Source of the DNA: an uncultured Gemmatimonadaceae bacterium
GTDB lineage: Bacteria; Gemmatimonadota; Gemmatimonadetes; Gemmatimonadales; Gemmatimonadaceae
Direction: 5' to 3'
DNA: 64,000 nucleotides
Assembly (NCBI GenBank): GCA_963829055.1
Contig: CAWHHI010000016.1
Span: 1,056,001-1,120,000 of the forward strand
Under the pieces are notes generated by a model. The model ran no database searches. It was not told where the DNA came from and saw only the letters and a program-made list of their open reading frames with translations. Shown here one piece after another: positions 30,746 to 42,071 of this stretch. Both the position numbers and the translations under genes were made by a program. How positions within the stretch are numbered: the first letter of the stretch is position 1; every line of letters starts with the position of its first letter.

Positions 30746-30946
30746 GGCGGGGATTGGGGGTAACAGTGCGTGGAGGTGGACCACGTGGTCCGTCGCTGCG
30801 CGAGCATCGTACGATACCGATTGGCGGCAGCGCAACTCGCTGGTCTGGCTTTCTGAACGACGTTGGGGGTGGTATGCCGCTTGCCCCCCTTCGGGCACGC
30901 GGCCGGCTACACGCTGGTCGCCACGATACACCACACGGAGATCCAC

Positions 30947-33900
30947 ATGCGTCGGTTCGCGGGAATGGGAACGCGGTCGATGATGCTCGTTGCCGTCCTG
31001 GCAGCGGCCGCGCCGTCCTTGGTCGAGGCGCAGTACTTCGGGCGCAACAAGGTGCAGTACCAGACGTTCGATTTTCGCGTCCAGAGTACCGAGCACTACG
31101 ACCTGCACTTCTACCCCGCGGAATCGCTGGCGACGGCAGACGCTGGACGGATGGCCGAACGATGGTATACGCGGCTGTCCGGGATCATGCGGCACCAGTT
31201 CAATCGGAAGCCGCTCGTGTTTTACGCCGACCACCCGGACTTCGAGCAGACGAACGTCATCGGTGGATTCATCGATCAGAGCACCGGCGGCGTCACGGAA
31301 TCCGGGCGTAGCCGCGTCATCATGCCGTTCACCGGCGTCTACGAGGAGAACGACCACGTGCTCGGCCACGAGATGGTGCACGTGTTCCAGTACGACATCG
31401 CCGAGAATCCCACGAGCGGCGGGTACCAGGGACTGAATCAGTTGCCGCTCTGGCTCATCGAAGGTATGGCCGAGTACCTGTCGGTCGGCCGGCAAGACCC
31501 GCACACCGCAATGTGGATGCGCGACGCGGCACTTCGAAACGATCTGCCGTCGATCAAGAAGCTCACGACCGACCCACGGTATTTCCCGTATCGCTACGGC
31601 CAGGCGCTGTGGGCGTACATCGGCGGCAAGTGGGGCGATCAGGGAGTGAGCGACGTGTATCGCGCGTCGCTCCGCGGCGGCTGGGACGCGGCACTGCGCC
31701 GCGTGATCGGCATCTCGAGCGACTCGCTGTCGAAGGAATGGCTGGCGTCCATCCGCGACACGTACATGCCGTTGATGGAAGGGCGGACGAAGCCGCAAGA
31801 CGTCGGTCAGCCGTTGCTCGGCAATCCGAATGAGCCCGGGGACATGAACGTCGCGCCGGCCGTGAGCCCGGACGGCAAGTGGGTCGCGTTCTTCGCACGC
31901 CGTGGCCTGTTCACCGTCGACCTGTTCGTCGCCGACGCGAACACGGGAAAAGTCGTCAAGAAGCTCACGGGGCCTAACGCGGACCCGCACTTCGACGCGC
32001 TCAGCTTCGTCAACGCCTCAGGCTCGTGGTCGCCGGATGGGAAGAAGCTCGCGTTCATCTCGTTCGAGCAGGGTGACAACCGCGTCACGATCTTCGATGT
32101 CGGCCGTAAGAAGGAAGAACGAAGCATCGCCATCAAGGGAGTTGGCGCTATCAGTGACGCCGCGTGGAGCCCCGACGGCACTACGATCGCGGTGGCCGGC
32201 ATGTCCGGTGGCATCAGCGATCTGTACCTCGTCACCCTCAAGGGCGGCGCGGTTCGGAGGCTCACGAACGATCGTTATGCGGAGCTGCACCCGGCGTGGT
32301 CGCCGGACGGGAAGACACTCGCGTTCACGACGGACCGCGGCCCGGGCACCGACTTCGACGCGCTCAAGTACGGTCCGATGAACCTGGCGCTGATGGACCT
32401 GAGCAGCGGCACCGTCCGCCAGCTCGACATCTTCCCCGGCGCGAAGCACATCAATCCGCAGTACGCGCCCGACGGCCGGCAACTGTACTTCGTGTCGGAC
32501 CGCGAGGGGTTCAGCGACATCTATCGCCTCGACCTCGCGAGCAATCAGGTCTTCCAGGTTACGCGGACGGCCACGGGAATCAGCGGCATCACCTCCAACT
32601 CACCCACGCTCAGCGTGGCGCGAAAGACGGGCCGCATGGTGTTCTCGATCTTCCATGACGGCGGCAACCTGATTCACGCGCTCTCGCCGGAGCAGGCGCA
32701 GGGCACGCCGGTGCCGGCTGCGGGGCAAGCCAATCCGCAGGGAAGCCCGGCGCCGGCAACACCCACTCCTCCACCACCGGCTCAAGCGAGCCCGTCTCAA
32801 GCAATCCCCGCCCAAGGAACGCTACCCGTCGCAGGTATCCTAACGCCGGTCGACGCGGTGTCGACGAGCATGGTGCAGGCGTATCTCGCTGACGCCACGA
32901 CCGGTCTACCGCCGGTCATCGCCTCGCGGCCGAAGTCCTACAACCCGAAGCTCTCGCTCGCCTACCTCGGCGCACCATCCATTGGCGTTGGCGTGAGCAA
33001 CCAGGCCTATGGCAACGGCATCTCCGGTGCGGTGTCCGCCGGGTTCTCCGACATGCTCGAGACGCGCCAGGTCGGCGCAGCACTCGCCGCGCAAGGGACC
33101 TTCAAGGACATCGGCGGAGAGGTCTATTACAAGAACAGCAAGCGTCGGTGGAACTGGCTCACGGGATTGAGTCACATCCCATACGTGCAGACCTATCAGA
33201 CGTACAACGAAGACGTCGTTGGCAACACGCCCGTCGTTAGGGTCGATCAGATCCTCCAGCGCGTCTACGTCGAGAACGCGTCATTCACGACACAATACCC
33301 GTTCTCACAAACGAAACGCATCGAGTTCAGCGCCGGGTTCAATCGGTACGCCTACGGCAATGAAGGGTTCTCGTACTTCTACACGCCGACCGGCGAGTAC
33401 CTCGGGCAGGATCGCAGCAACATTGAGGGACCGCCCAGCCTCTCGTTCGGTCAGGCGTCCATAGCCTTCGTCGGCGATTACTCGTACTTCGGGTTCACGT
33501 CCCCGGTCGCCGGGGGCCGCTACCGGTTCGAGGTGTCGCCGTCGATCGGGCAGATCAACTTCACCACGCTGCTCGGTGATTACCGGCGATACTTCTTCCT
33601 GCAGCCGTTCACATTCGCCATGCGTGGGATGTACTACGGCCGGTTCGGCCCGGACGCCGAGGACCCATCGCGTCTCTCGCCGCTGTACATCGGCCAGGAG
33701 ACGCTGATCCGCGGCTACGACGCGAACAACATCGAACCGAACGAATGCTCGCAGACCGGCAACGCATCCACGACCGGCTGCCCGGCAGATCGACCGGCTT
33801 CTCGGCAGCAGGATCGCTGTCGCGAACTTCGAGATGCACTTCCCGTTGTTCGGTGTGCGCGAGTTCGGCCTGATCAACTTGCCGTTTCTCCCAACCGACA

Positions 33901-34121
33901 TCGGACCGTTCTTCGACGCCGGTCTGGCGTGGATGAAAGGTGACCCGGTCGACTACACGGTGAGCCGAAATGCCACGGGGCGATCGCCAGTGTTCAGCAC
34001 GGGAATCAGCGCTCGCATGAACATTCTCGGGTACATGGTACTCGAGGCGTACTACGCCTATCCGTTCCAACGCCCCGAGAAAGGTCCGCACTTCGGCTTC
34101 GTACTGTCGCCAGGCTGGTAG
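30947..34121 (+). CDS. Omp85/BamA-TamA-like outer membrane protein with N-terminal zinc-metallopeptidase-like and PD40 propeller domains (frameshift near 33785)
   Basis: Signal peptide, QYFGRNKVQY, HEMVH plus WLIEGMAEY (gluzincin-like), repeated W/VSPDGK, barrel with IRGY lid motif, C-terminal FGFVLSPGW. Confidence 0.8.
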
Positions 34122-34147
34122 CGCCCGTAACAATCACGTCAGGCGTC

Positions 34148-34182
34148 GAAACCCGGGAGCGCGAGGCGCGCTCCCGGGTTTC
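34148..34182. terminator. Bidirectional terminator between convergent genes
   Basis: GAAACCCGGGAGCGCG-AGG-CGCGCTCCCGGGTTTC, 16-bp stem. Confidence 0.75.
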
Positions 34183-34187
34183 GTGCA

Positions 34188-35736
34188 TCATGGCGCGGTG
34201 GTCGCTGTCGCGCGTGCGGCCTGCACCATCCCGCGGATGTCCGTGAGCAGCGAAGCCACGTCGAATACGACGCCGTCCTTGATCGTGTACTTCACGCCGC
34301 CACGCTGAACGAGCTTACCGTTCTCCTCGACCTGCAGCCCGGTCGCGTAGAGCACCTTCATGTTGTGCAGCGGATTGCCGTCCACGACGATGAGGTCCGC
34401 CTTGAAGCCGGGTCGCACGACCCCCGTATTCGTTAGGCCGAGGAGCTTCGCGCCGTTGGATGTCGCGTGCTGGATGACTTCGAGGGGATGGAACCCAGCC
34501 TCCTGCTGCATCTCCATTTCCCGGATCGTCGTGAAGCCGTAGAGCTGGTAGATGAACCCGGCGTCCGACCCCACCGTGACGTTCCCACCGCGACGCGCGT
34601 ACTCCCGCACCCACTGCATCCAGATGCGGTAGTTGTTGCGCCACATGATCTCGTCAGCGGTCGTCCAGTCGAAGTGATAGGAACCGTGTCGTGTCGCGTC
34701 GGGCTCGAAGTTCTGCATTACCTGCGGCAACGCGTAGTCGCGAAACCAGGGCTGCGTCCTCGCGCGCTGCAGGTCGCGATTCGCTTCGTAGATCGCGAAC
34801 GTCGGGTCCCAGGTCATGCCATGCGCGAGCATCGTGTCGAGCACCGCGGACAGCCGCGTCGAATCCGCCTGCCGCCAGATGTCGCCTGCCCAGCGGAATC
34901 GGTCGAGCTCGTTGTCGTAGTTGTACGAATCGGGAAAATTCTGCGGACCGGGCGTCGCCGCATCGGGAATGCCGTACCAATGCTCGATGCTGCGCACACC
35001 CAGTCGCGCCGCGTCGAGCGCGTCGAGTTCCTGAAGCTTCATGTCTGTCGCGATAGGGAGCCCCTGCCGCTTCGCTTCGTCGGCGATGGCTTCCCAGACA
35101 TCCGGCCGGTTGATGAACACCTTGAGGCCGAGCGCGCCCTGCTGCTTGAGGCGACGCACGAGCGCGTGAGCCTCGTCAGGCGTGTTCGCGGCCGCCACCG
35201 CGTACGGGATGATGGTCGGGGCGGCGATCTTGTTTTCGGCCGAGAGTCGCGCATGCGCGACGATGGTGTCGATGCCTTCCGTCGATCCAGGATCTCGAAC
35301 GGTCGTGATGCCGTGCGCAAGCCAGAGTTTGTAGACGTAGTCCTTGGGCATTGGCTTGCCGCCGCGACTGAACTGGATGTGGCCGTGCACATCGATGATC
35401 CCGGGCATCACCGTCATCCCTGTGCCGTCGATGACGCGATCGGCACTCCCGGTGATGCGGCGATCTCCGGGGACGCTGCTACCGGAGAATTCCGACGGCC
35501 GTGACGGCTCGATCGCGACGATCGTGCTGCCTTGCACGAGAATGTCGAACGGTCCACGAGTCGGATTGCCCGCGCCATCGATCACATTCGCGTTGCGGAT
35601 GAGCAGACGCGCATAACGTTGGCCCGTCGACCGTGCGGGCGCTTGGCGCCTGAGCAACGGTATGGGCAGCTGACAGGCTGGTAACGAGGACCGCAAGCGC
35701 GACTCGAATAGCGGCGGTCCGACGAGCGATAGGCAT
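34188..35736 (-). CDS. Exported amidohydrolase family protein (frameshift near 35640)
   Basis: Signal peptide MPIARRTAAIRVALAV...; MPGIIDVHGH, GITTVRDPG, VGSDAG, ADLIVVDGNPL. Confidence 0.88.
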
Positions 35737-35927
35737 GGGGGCCCGCAGGGTTTGGATAGTGAACAAGGTGCACTCGCGCCCGATCGTTGACGAGTGGGGA
35801 TCGAGCATGACATCGCCTTGCGAGCTCGACCACTCGACCACGGAAGCGCTTGGTGGAATGAAAGGTGCTCGGCTGCCCCGTGGGCGGCGCACGACGTGTC
35901 GCCCATGGACATGAACGGGTAACACCC

Positions 35928-36857
35928 ATGGCACAGTTAGTCCGAAGCGCTCGAGGCGCAGTCATCGCACTCGTGACCCCGTTGGCGCTCGCATTCCTCT
36001 CGGCGTGCAACAACGATGACGATTCGCCGACAGGTACCGGTAGCAGCACGCAGATCGTGTTCTCGTCGGATCGGAACTCGACTGACGGGAGTCTCGATTT
36101 GTATTCCGCGAACGCGGACGGCTCGGATGTGCGGCGGCTGACCACGAGTCCTGAAGACGACTACGAGCCTTCGTGGTCGTCGACCGGGCGCATCGCGTTC
36201 ACGTCCTCACGTGACGGCAACGACGAGATCTACTCCATGAACGCGGATGGATCGGACGTCAAACGTCTCACGAATAACACGTTCTTGGACGAATTGCCGT
36301 CGTGGTCACCGGACGGCTCACGCATCGCGTTCACGAGTCGTCGTGATGGCAATCTCGAGATCTACGTCATGAACGCTGACGGAACCGGGCAGACACGGCT
36401 GACGAATTCGCCCGCCACGGAAACCGGGCCGCACTGGTCGCCGAACGGTTCGCGCATCGCCTTCCAAACGGATCGCGATGCCAACAACTTCGAGATCTAC
36501 ATGATGAATGCCGACGGCACGGCGCCGACTCGTCTGACGAACAACCCGGGCGTCGATCTCTTCTCGTCATGGGCGCCCGACGGCCAGCGCTTCGCGTTCC
36601 AGTCGACGCGCGACAACCTGACTACCGGCAGCACCGAGATCTACACCTCGAACGTCGACGGCACGGGTATAACGCGACTGACGCAGAATTCGTTCTTGGA
36701 CAACTATCCGCAGTGGTCGACGGATGGCAAGCGCATCGCCTTCCATTCCAACCGCGATGGGAATTCCGAGATCTACACGATGGCGGTGAATGGATCGGAC
36801 GTCGTGCGCGTGACGAACAACGCGGCGTCCGACGTCTTCGCAGCGTGGCGGCCATAA
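35928..36857 (+). CDS. TolB-like PD40-repeat lipoprotein
   Basis: Lipobox FLSAC; six repeats of the form PxWSPDG-RIAF-S-RDGN-EIY-MNADG. Confidence 0.9.
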   Translation: MAQLVRSARGAVIALVTPLALAFLSACNNDDDSPTGTGSSTQIVFSSDRNSTDGSLDLYSANADGSDVRRLTTSPEDDYEPSWSSTGRIAFTSSRDGNDEIYSMNADGSDVKRLTNNTFLDELPSWSPDGSRIAFTSRRDGNLEIYVMNADGTGQTRLTNSPATETGPHWSPNGSRIAFQTDRDANNFEIYMMNADGTAPTRLTNNPGVDLFSSWAPDGQRFAFQSTRDNLTTGSTEIYTSNVDGTGITRLTQNSFLDNYPQWSTDGKRIAFHSNRDGNSEIYTMAVNGSDVVRVTNNAASDVFAAWRP

Positions 36858-36881
36858 TTCTCCGGCGCTAGCTTGACGTCA

Positions 36882-36910
36882 CGCGCGCCGCCGACGTCCG
36901 GCGGCGCGCG
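36882..36910. other. 12-bp GC hairpin just upstream of dinB
   Basis: CGCGCGCCGCCG-ACGTC-CGGCGGCGCGCG; no U-tract. Confidence 0.45.
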
Positions 36911-36923
36911 ATGCCACGTCAGC

Positions 36924-38171
36924 ATGCCCGTAGCCGACCACCGCTCACCCGCCCTTCCCCGACGCATCCTGCTCGCCGACGCCGACGCGTTCTTCGTCGC
37001 GGTGGCGCGGCTCGTCGACCCCGAAGGCGCAGGCCGCGCGCGCCTGTTGATCGTCGGCGGCGCACCAGGTAGTCGCGGTGTCGTCTGCTCCGCGTCATAC
37101 GAAGCGCGTCGCTTCGGCGTGCGGTCCGCGATGCCGATCTCGCGCGCGCTGCGGCTCTGCCCCGGCGCCATGTGCGTGCCCGTCCCACGGTCCGCATGCT
37201 CGGTGAAGAGCCGCGAGATCGCCACGGTCCTGGCGCGGTTCGCGCCAGTCGTCGAGTGCGCGAGCATCGATGAGTGGTACCTCGACCTCACCGGCACCGA
37301 GGGCGTGTACTCGGGCCGTACGGTCGAAGACGTTGCGCTGTCCATTCGCGCCGCCGTGCAGGCGGAGACGGGCCTGACGATCTCGCTTGGCGGCGGGACG
37401 TCGCGCCTCGTCGCCAAGCTCGCGGTCGAGCTCGCGAAGTCCAAGCCCGGCCGGCCGACCGCCGGCGTGTTCGTCGTGCCTAACGGCGGTGAGGAGGAGT
37501 TCCTTCAGCGCTTCGAGCTGGGTGATCTGCCGGGGGTGGGCCCGAAGTTCCGCGAGCGACTCGACCGGCTCGGCATGCGCACGGTGCGCGACGTCGTCCC
37601 GCACGACATCCCGACGCTCACGCGCATCGTCGGCGAGCGCGAAGCGGCGTGGCTCTGGGAGCGTGTACGCGGCATTGATGCTACGCCGGTGTCCGAGCGT
37701 GACGTCCCCAAGGGCTTGAGCCGCGAGGACACGTTCGAGCACGACGTTGAAAGCGACGAGGATCTGGAGCGCGAGCTGTTGCGGCTCGTCACGCGCGTCG
37801 CGTCGGACCTGCGCGAGCAGGATCTCGCCGCTCGCACGGTCACGGTCAAATTGCGCGACGCGGACTTTCGCACGCGTCAGGCAAGTCGCACGCTCCCACA
37901 CCCTGTCATCGCCGACCGCGTGATCCTCGCGACGGCGCGCGCGCTGCTCGCCCGCCTGCGTCGCGAACGGCGCGTCAGCGCCCGCCTGTTGGGAGTGGGG
38001 CTCTCGTCGCTCGACGTGCCTGATCAGGCCGCGCAGCTCTCGCTGTTCGAGACGCCGGGGGCGTCGCTCGAGACGGCGCGTGATCGCGCACTCGCCACCG
38101 CGGTCGACCGACTGCGGGCGAAGTTCGGTGACCGGGCCATCGTGCCGGGTGGCCTCACTCGTCCAACATAG
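36924..38171 (+). CDS. dinB: DNA polymerase IV (Y family)
   Basis: LADADAFFVAV, SASYEARRFGVRSAMP, ASIDEWYLD, LPGVG HhH, VTVKLRDADF, and clamp-binding motif QLSLF. Confidence 0.93.
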   Translation: MPVADHRSPALPRRILLADADAFFVAVARLVDPEGAGRARLLIVGGAPGSRGVVCSASYEARRFGVRSAMPISRALRLCPGAMCVPVPRSACSVKSREIATVLARFAPVVECASIDEWYLDLTGTEGVYSGRTVEDVALSIRAAVQAETGLTISLGGGTSRLVAKLAVELAKSKPGRPTAGVFVVPNGGEEEFLQRFELGDLPGVGPKFRERLDRLGMRTVRDVVPHDIPTLTRIVGEREAAWLWERVRGIDATPVSERDVPKGLSREDTFEHDVESDEDLERELLRLVTRVASDLREQDLAARTVTVKLRDADFRTRQASRTLPHPVIADRVILATARALLARLRRERRVSARLLGVGLSSLDVPDQAAQLSLFETPGASLETARDRALATAVDRLRAKFGDRAIVPGGLTRPT

Positions 38172-38198
38172 CGGTCGCGATCCTCGGACGGACGCGGG

Positions 38199-38924
38199 TC
38201 AGCGGCCTTGTGCGACGGCGTGCAGCTCGTCGCTCCCGACCGTCGCGTTTTCCGCCGACGCGTCGAACGCGTGCCTAACGAGACCATCGGCGAGCTCGGC
38301 TCCCGTCAGCGAATGCAGGCTGCCGGCAAGTCGGTCGGCGCCCACGACCCGCGCGACCGCCGCCACCCCGTTCGCAACGGCGGCGCTGACGCGTTCCAGC
38401 GGGCGAGCCTCGTCACGACCCGGGCCCGTGATGAACGACGGCCGAGCGATCGTGTACGGCAGCCCGCTCGCACGCAACAACGACTCCGCACGCCACCGGG
38501 CCGAGAGATACGGATTCGATGCGTGCTCGCGGACACCGAGGGCGGACAGATAGATGAAGCGGGGCTTGCTGCCTGACGCGACCGACGCCCGGATCAGCAT
38601 GGCGGTGAGCCCGAAGTCGATGGCCTCGTAGCTCTCCGCCGCCTCGCCGCGCGCGGCAGACTCCCGGCGCCGCGCGCGGGTGGTGCCCAGCAGCGAGAAG
38701 ACGTGCGTCGGCTGGAGCGTCGAAAGCGTGTGCACCATCTCCGCATCGCCCCACGGCGAGGAGTCCACCGCAGCGCCCATGGTCTCGAACCGCTGGCGCC
38801 ATTCGTCCAGCCGCCGCGAATCGGGACGCACGTGCGCGACGGTTCGCACGCCGCGAGCCACCAGCACGCGAACGACTTCGCGACCCGTGTACCCGGTGGC
38901 CCCAGCGACGAAAGCGATTTGCAC
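38199..38924 (-). CDS. NAD(P)-binding Rossmann protein (atypical SDR)
   Basis: FVAGATGYTG, LLGTT, YLSALG, YTIARPSFITG. Confidence 0.85.
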   Translation of the reverse strand: MQIAFVAGATGYTGREVVRVLVARGVRTVAHVRPDSRRLDEWRQRFETMGAAVDSSPWGDAEMVHTLSTLQPTHVFSLLGTTRARRRESAARGEAAESYEAIDFGLTAMLIRASVASGSKPRFIYLSALGVREHASNPYLSARWRAESLLRASGLPYTIARPSFITGPGRDEARPLERVSAAVANGVAAVARVVGADRLAGSLHSLTGAELADGLVRHAFDASAENATVGSDELHAVAQGR

Positions 38925-39016
38925 GTGATGCGGAAACGAAAGGGTGGGACTCGCTATGGCGCGTTAGGCTCCGATGCGAGCAGAGCGAGTCAGCCGCGCG
39001 TCAGGCGCGCGTCACG

Positions 39017-39616
39017 TCAGCGGGCCGCGCTCGGCAATCCCGCCGTGATCGCGTTCTGCACACGCTCGATGAGTCGCCCGTTGTCACTGATGAGTACCGC
39101 CGCGAGGTTGTTCGACGTGATCAGTGTATGCGGCGTCGGCCAGGTCGCAACACCGCCGCGAGGCGCGATGGCCACCGTGTCGATGCCGGCGATCGCCGTC
39201 TCACGAGCCTTGGCTGACGGGAAGAGATAGACGTGCAGCTCGGCTGGGCCGAGCATGTACGTTGTGCCGGCAACCTGGAACACGCCCGTCGGCGACGCAC
39301 CCTTCTTGATCAGTACGAAGCCCGCATCGATGAGTCGTCGCTCGAGGCTGCACGATTGCCACGCGTCCTCGGACACGCAGTTCGGCGTGATGGCGACGAC
39401 CTGCCCGCCCGACGGTCCCGCCGTTGCTGGTCGGGTACTAGCGACGGGGGTGGAGTCGCCACGGCCGCTCGGCGCACTCACGGCCGGCGCCGGCTCGCCG
39501 CTGGCGGAGTCCGCCGGAGCTGGCTGCTCGCGAGCGCATGCGGTGGCCGCCGTAAACGCGCAGGCCACCAGCGACGGAACGAGTGACCTCGTGCGCCGGC
39601 AGGGTGTAACGATCAC
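39017..39616 (-). CDS. Hypothetical lipoprotein
   Basis: Signal with ATAC lipobox-like site and Pro/Ala linker. Start overlaps the apaG stop. Confidence 0.65.
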   Translation of the reverse strand: MIVTPCRRTRSLVPSLVACAFTAATACAREQPAPADSASGEPAPAVSAPSGRGDSTPVASTRPATAGPSGGQVVAITPNCVSEDAWQSCSLERRLIDAGFVLIKKGASPTGVFQVAGTTYMLGPAELHVYLFPSAKARETAIAGIDTVAIAPRGGVATWPTPHTLITSNNLAAVLISDNGRLIERVQNAITAGLPSAAR

Positions 39617-40023
39617 TCGAACGCCGATCCGAATCCCGCCGTCGCGTCGAGCTCGAAGCGCGGGATCTGGGCGTCGAACGAGGAATCGTCGTTGCGCACG
39701 AAGTGATAGTCGCCCTCCATGTGACCGCTAGGCGACTTGAGGATGATGAAGCTCTGGTATTCGTGAACCTTGCCGGGTGCGATCACCGGCTGTTCGCCGA
39801 TCACGCCTTCACCCTCGACCTCGCTGTCTTCGCCGATCGAGTCGTGTATGCGCCAGCGCCGGCTCAGGAGTTGTGCCGGTAGCTGCCCCACGTTCTCGAT
39901 GCGAACGTAGTACGCAAACACGTAGTGCCGCGCGTGTGGGCGCGACTGTTCCGGCAAGTACGTCGGCCGAACGGTCACACGGATGCCGTGTGATTCTCGA
40001 TAGAAGAACGGGCGCCGGGACAT
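39613..40023 (-). CDS. apaG: ApaG/CorD protein
   Basis: YVFAYYVRIEN, QLLSRRWRI, EVEGEGVIGEQP, EYQS...GHMEGDY. Confidence 0.95.
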   Translation of the reverse strand: MSRRPFFYRESHGIRVTVRPTYLPEQSRPHARHYVFAYYVRIENVGQLPAQLLSRRWRIHDSIGEDSEVEGEGVIGEQPVIAPGKVHEYQSFIILKSPSGHMEGDYHFVRNDDSSFDAQIPRFELDATAGFGSAFE

Positions 40024-40099
40024 TGTTCCGGGAAATTAGGGCCGTGAGGACGAATCGGGAATCGGGGCGGCGGCGCCCACGCTTCCATCACGGATGACC

Positions 40100-40807
40100 T
40101 TAGACACCCCCGTACCACTCGTACCCGCGGTCGCTCCAGTAGCCGCCGGCACGCGACGGCATGAACAGAATGCGCGTGAGGTATTTCGTGTTCTTGTACC
40201 CGAGCTTTACCGGCGAATGGACGCGGGCGGGCGCTCCGTGCCCCGGCCCGAGCATCGCGCGATCCATGCCGTAGGCCACGAGCGTCTGCGGATGCAGCGC
40301 GCTGTCGATGTCCCACGACTCGTGATAGTCGGAGTCGAACGACTGGAAGTCGACGTACTGCGCGTCCGACGTCGCACCGGCGACGCGCGCCAGCTCGCTC
40401 ATGCGCACACCCGTCCACTCTGCGCGCGCTGTCCATCCCTCGACGCAGAAGTGATCGACCTTCTGCGTGATGCTCCGCATCTTCGTCAGCTCGTCGAGCG
40501 TGAGCGAGAGTGGGGTGCGCACCGCGCCACCCACTTCGAGGCGCCAGACGCCGCGCTGCTTCTCGTCCCACATCGGAATCGTTTTGGATATGAAGTAGCG
40601 CGGGAACGACCGCCCACTCAAACGCGCGCCGGCCTTCACGCTGTTGCGCGAACCGTTGCTGAACAACCATCGCTCGAGCGTCTCGTTCTTGCGCTCGGCG
40701 AATTTGAGCAGCGACGTGGCCGACTTCGGACCGAAGGAATCACACGCGCCGAGCGCTGCGGCCGCGACCGAGCCCGCGCCGAACGTCACGAAGCGACGGC
40801 GGTTCAT
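40100..40807 (-). CDS. Molybdopterin-dependent oxidoreductase (sulfite oxidase family, MsrP/YedY-like), Tat-exported probable lipoprotein
   Basis: MNRRRFV Tat motif, LGAC lipobox, HFCVEGW, WTGV, HPQTLVAY, HGAPARV..PVKLGYKNTK. Confidence 0.9.
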   Translation of the reverse strand: MNRRRFVTFGAGSVAAAALGACDSFGPKSATSLLKFAERKNETLERWLFSNGSRNSVKAGARLSGRSFPRYFISKTIPMWDEKQRGVWRLEVGGAVRTPLSLTLDELTKMRSITQKVDHFCVEGWTARAEWTGVRMSELARVAGATSDAQYVDFQSFDSDYHESWDIDSALHPQTLVAYGMDRAMLGPGHGAPARVHSPVKLGYKNTKYLTRILFMPSRAGGYWSDRGYEWYGGV

Positions 40808-41602
40808 GAGTTCGTCCCTCCTCTGCTGCGCGGCGCCGCGGGTTGTCGCCAGAAGAACGGCCTCGCGTTACGCGCCTCGGGCGACTTCGATTCGTCGTAG
40901 CCGCCGGTGACCATCGACCGAATGGAGTACGGGTCCACGGCGAACACCATGACCACGTGGACCACCGTGAGCGCGACGAGCGCCAGCATGATGAGGAAGT
41001 GCCAGTAGCGCGCCCAGACGTAGCCGCCGAATAGCCGCGGTGAGCGGCGCGAACTGAACCGGCTTCCAGATCGCGATACCGGTGAGCACGGCGAGCGCGC
41101 CGAGAATCGGCATCGAGAAGTAGGCGGATTTCTGCAGCGCGTTGTGCTTCCCCTGGTGCGGATGATCCGGCCGCGCGAAGACGTAGAACTTGATCATCTC
41201 CCAGCTGTCGCGGATGTCCCCGCGCCGGGGCACCAGGTCGCGCCACTCGCCGTGCAGGTAGATGAAGCCGACGTAGACCAGACCGTTCAGGAACAGCAGC
41301 CACATCGCCGCGAAATGCCAGTTGCGTGCGCCTGCGAGCCAGCCGCCGAACGTCAGGCTGGACGGGATCGGCTTTCCGGCAAACGGATAGCAGCAGAACG
41401 ATTCACCGCGGCGCGCGAAGGCTGGATAGGCGTTGAAGATGCGGAGCCCCGTCGTGACCATGAGGCCGAGGGCCACGACGTTCACCCAGTGCGTGACGCG
41501 AACGATCCAGTGGTGCCGCGCCGCACGCCGACGAACGCGTGGCGTCGTTGCGGCGCGCGCATCGTGGGTGTCGCCTAACGCCTGTCCGGCCGCTGTCGTC
41601 AT
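40804..41602 (-). CDS. Di-heme cytochrome b membrane subunit (frameshift near 41035)
   Basis: VRVTHWVN, GLRIFNAYP, ARNWHF, KHNALQKSAY, ARYWHF...VVHV. Stop overlaps the molybdoenzyme start. Confidence 0.88.
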
Positions 41603-42071
41603 CGCGATCACTCCGCCTGTGTATGGAGCACTGTGGGTAGCGCTGTGTGACGCTGCGAGTCGCCGCTGTAGAAGCCGCCGCATCGCGCGCCAGTTCCCGC
41701 CTGCGCTCCCCGCCGGCCATCACAACGCTAGCGCTCAGCGAAGCGTGGCCGCAATCGCCAGTCGCGAGTCATTTGCCGTGTGTGGCGCGGGAGTCGCCTT
41801 CGAGTTCGCGCAGGGGTACGTCTCGGTGTATGACATTGCCGCCGACTGCGCCGGAGCGATCCGTGCGGCCACGTGGCAGAGTTGGCGCGCCAGACGAAAG
41901 GCACGCGCCGCGAGCCAGCGCCGCACCGACTGAGCCCTCGCGCCAGACCTACCGGCGCAAACCACCGCTGTATTCATTTCGCCCTGCATCACGCGCGCAT
42001 CGCGGCGCGCGTGTGGCCGGTGGCAATCTCACGCGCATCGGCCGCGCCATTTACCGACGCATGAGGAAGCA

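Noticed and set aside
30746..31990. Long N-terminal extension of the 736-aa minus-strand ORF, and many other long antisense ORFs in the track
   Set aside because: Shadow ORFs antisense to well-supported genes, expected in high-GC DNA with few stop codons; Arg/Ala-rich with no motifs.
32700..32830. Low-complexity Pro/Gln/Ala-coding tract with atypical codons
   Set aside because: In-frame flexible linker between the propeller and barrel; no terminal repeats or other sign of an insertion.
36050..36850. Periodic ~130-bp nucleotide similarity suggesting a repeat array or CRISPR
   Set aside because: It encodes the in-frame PD40 protein repeats. There are no identical repeats with unique spacers and no cas genes.
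36860..38171. dinB as part of an imuABC/SOS cassette or mobile element
   Set aside because: No imuA, dnaE2, lexA, integrase or recognisable LexA box nearby; it appears to be a standalone chromosomal dinB.
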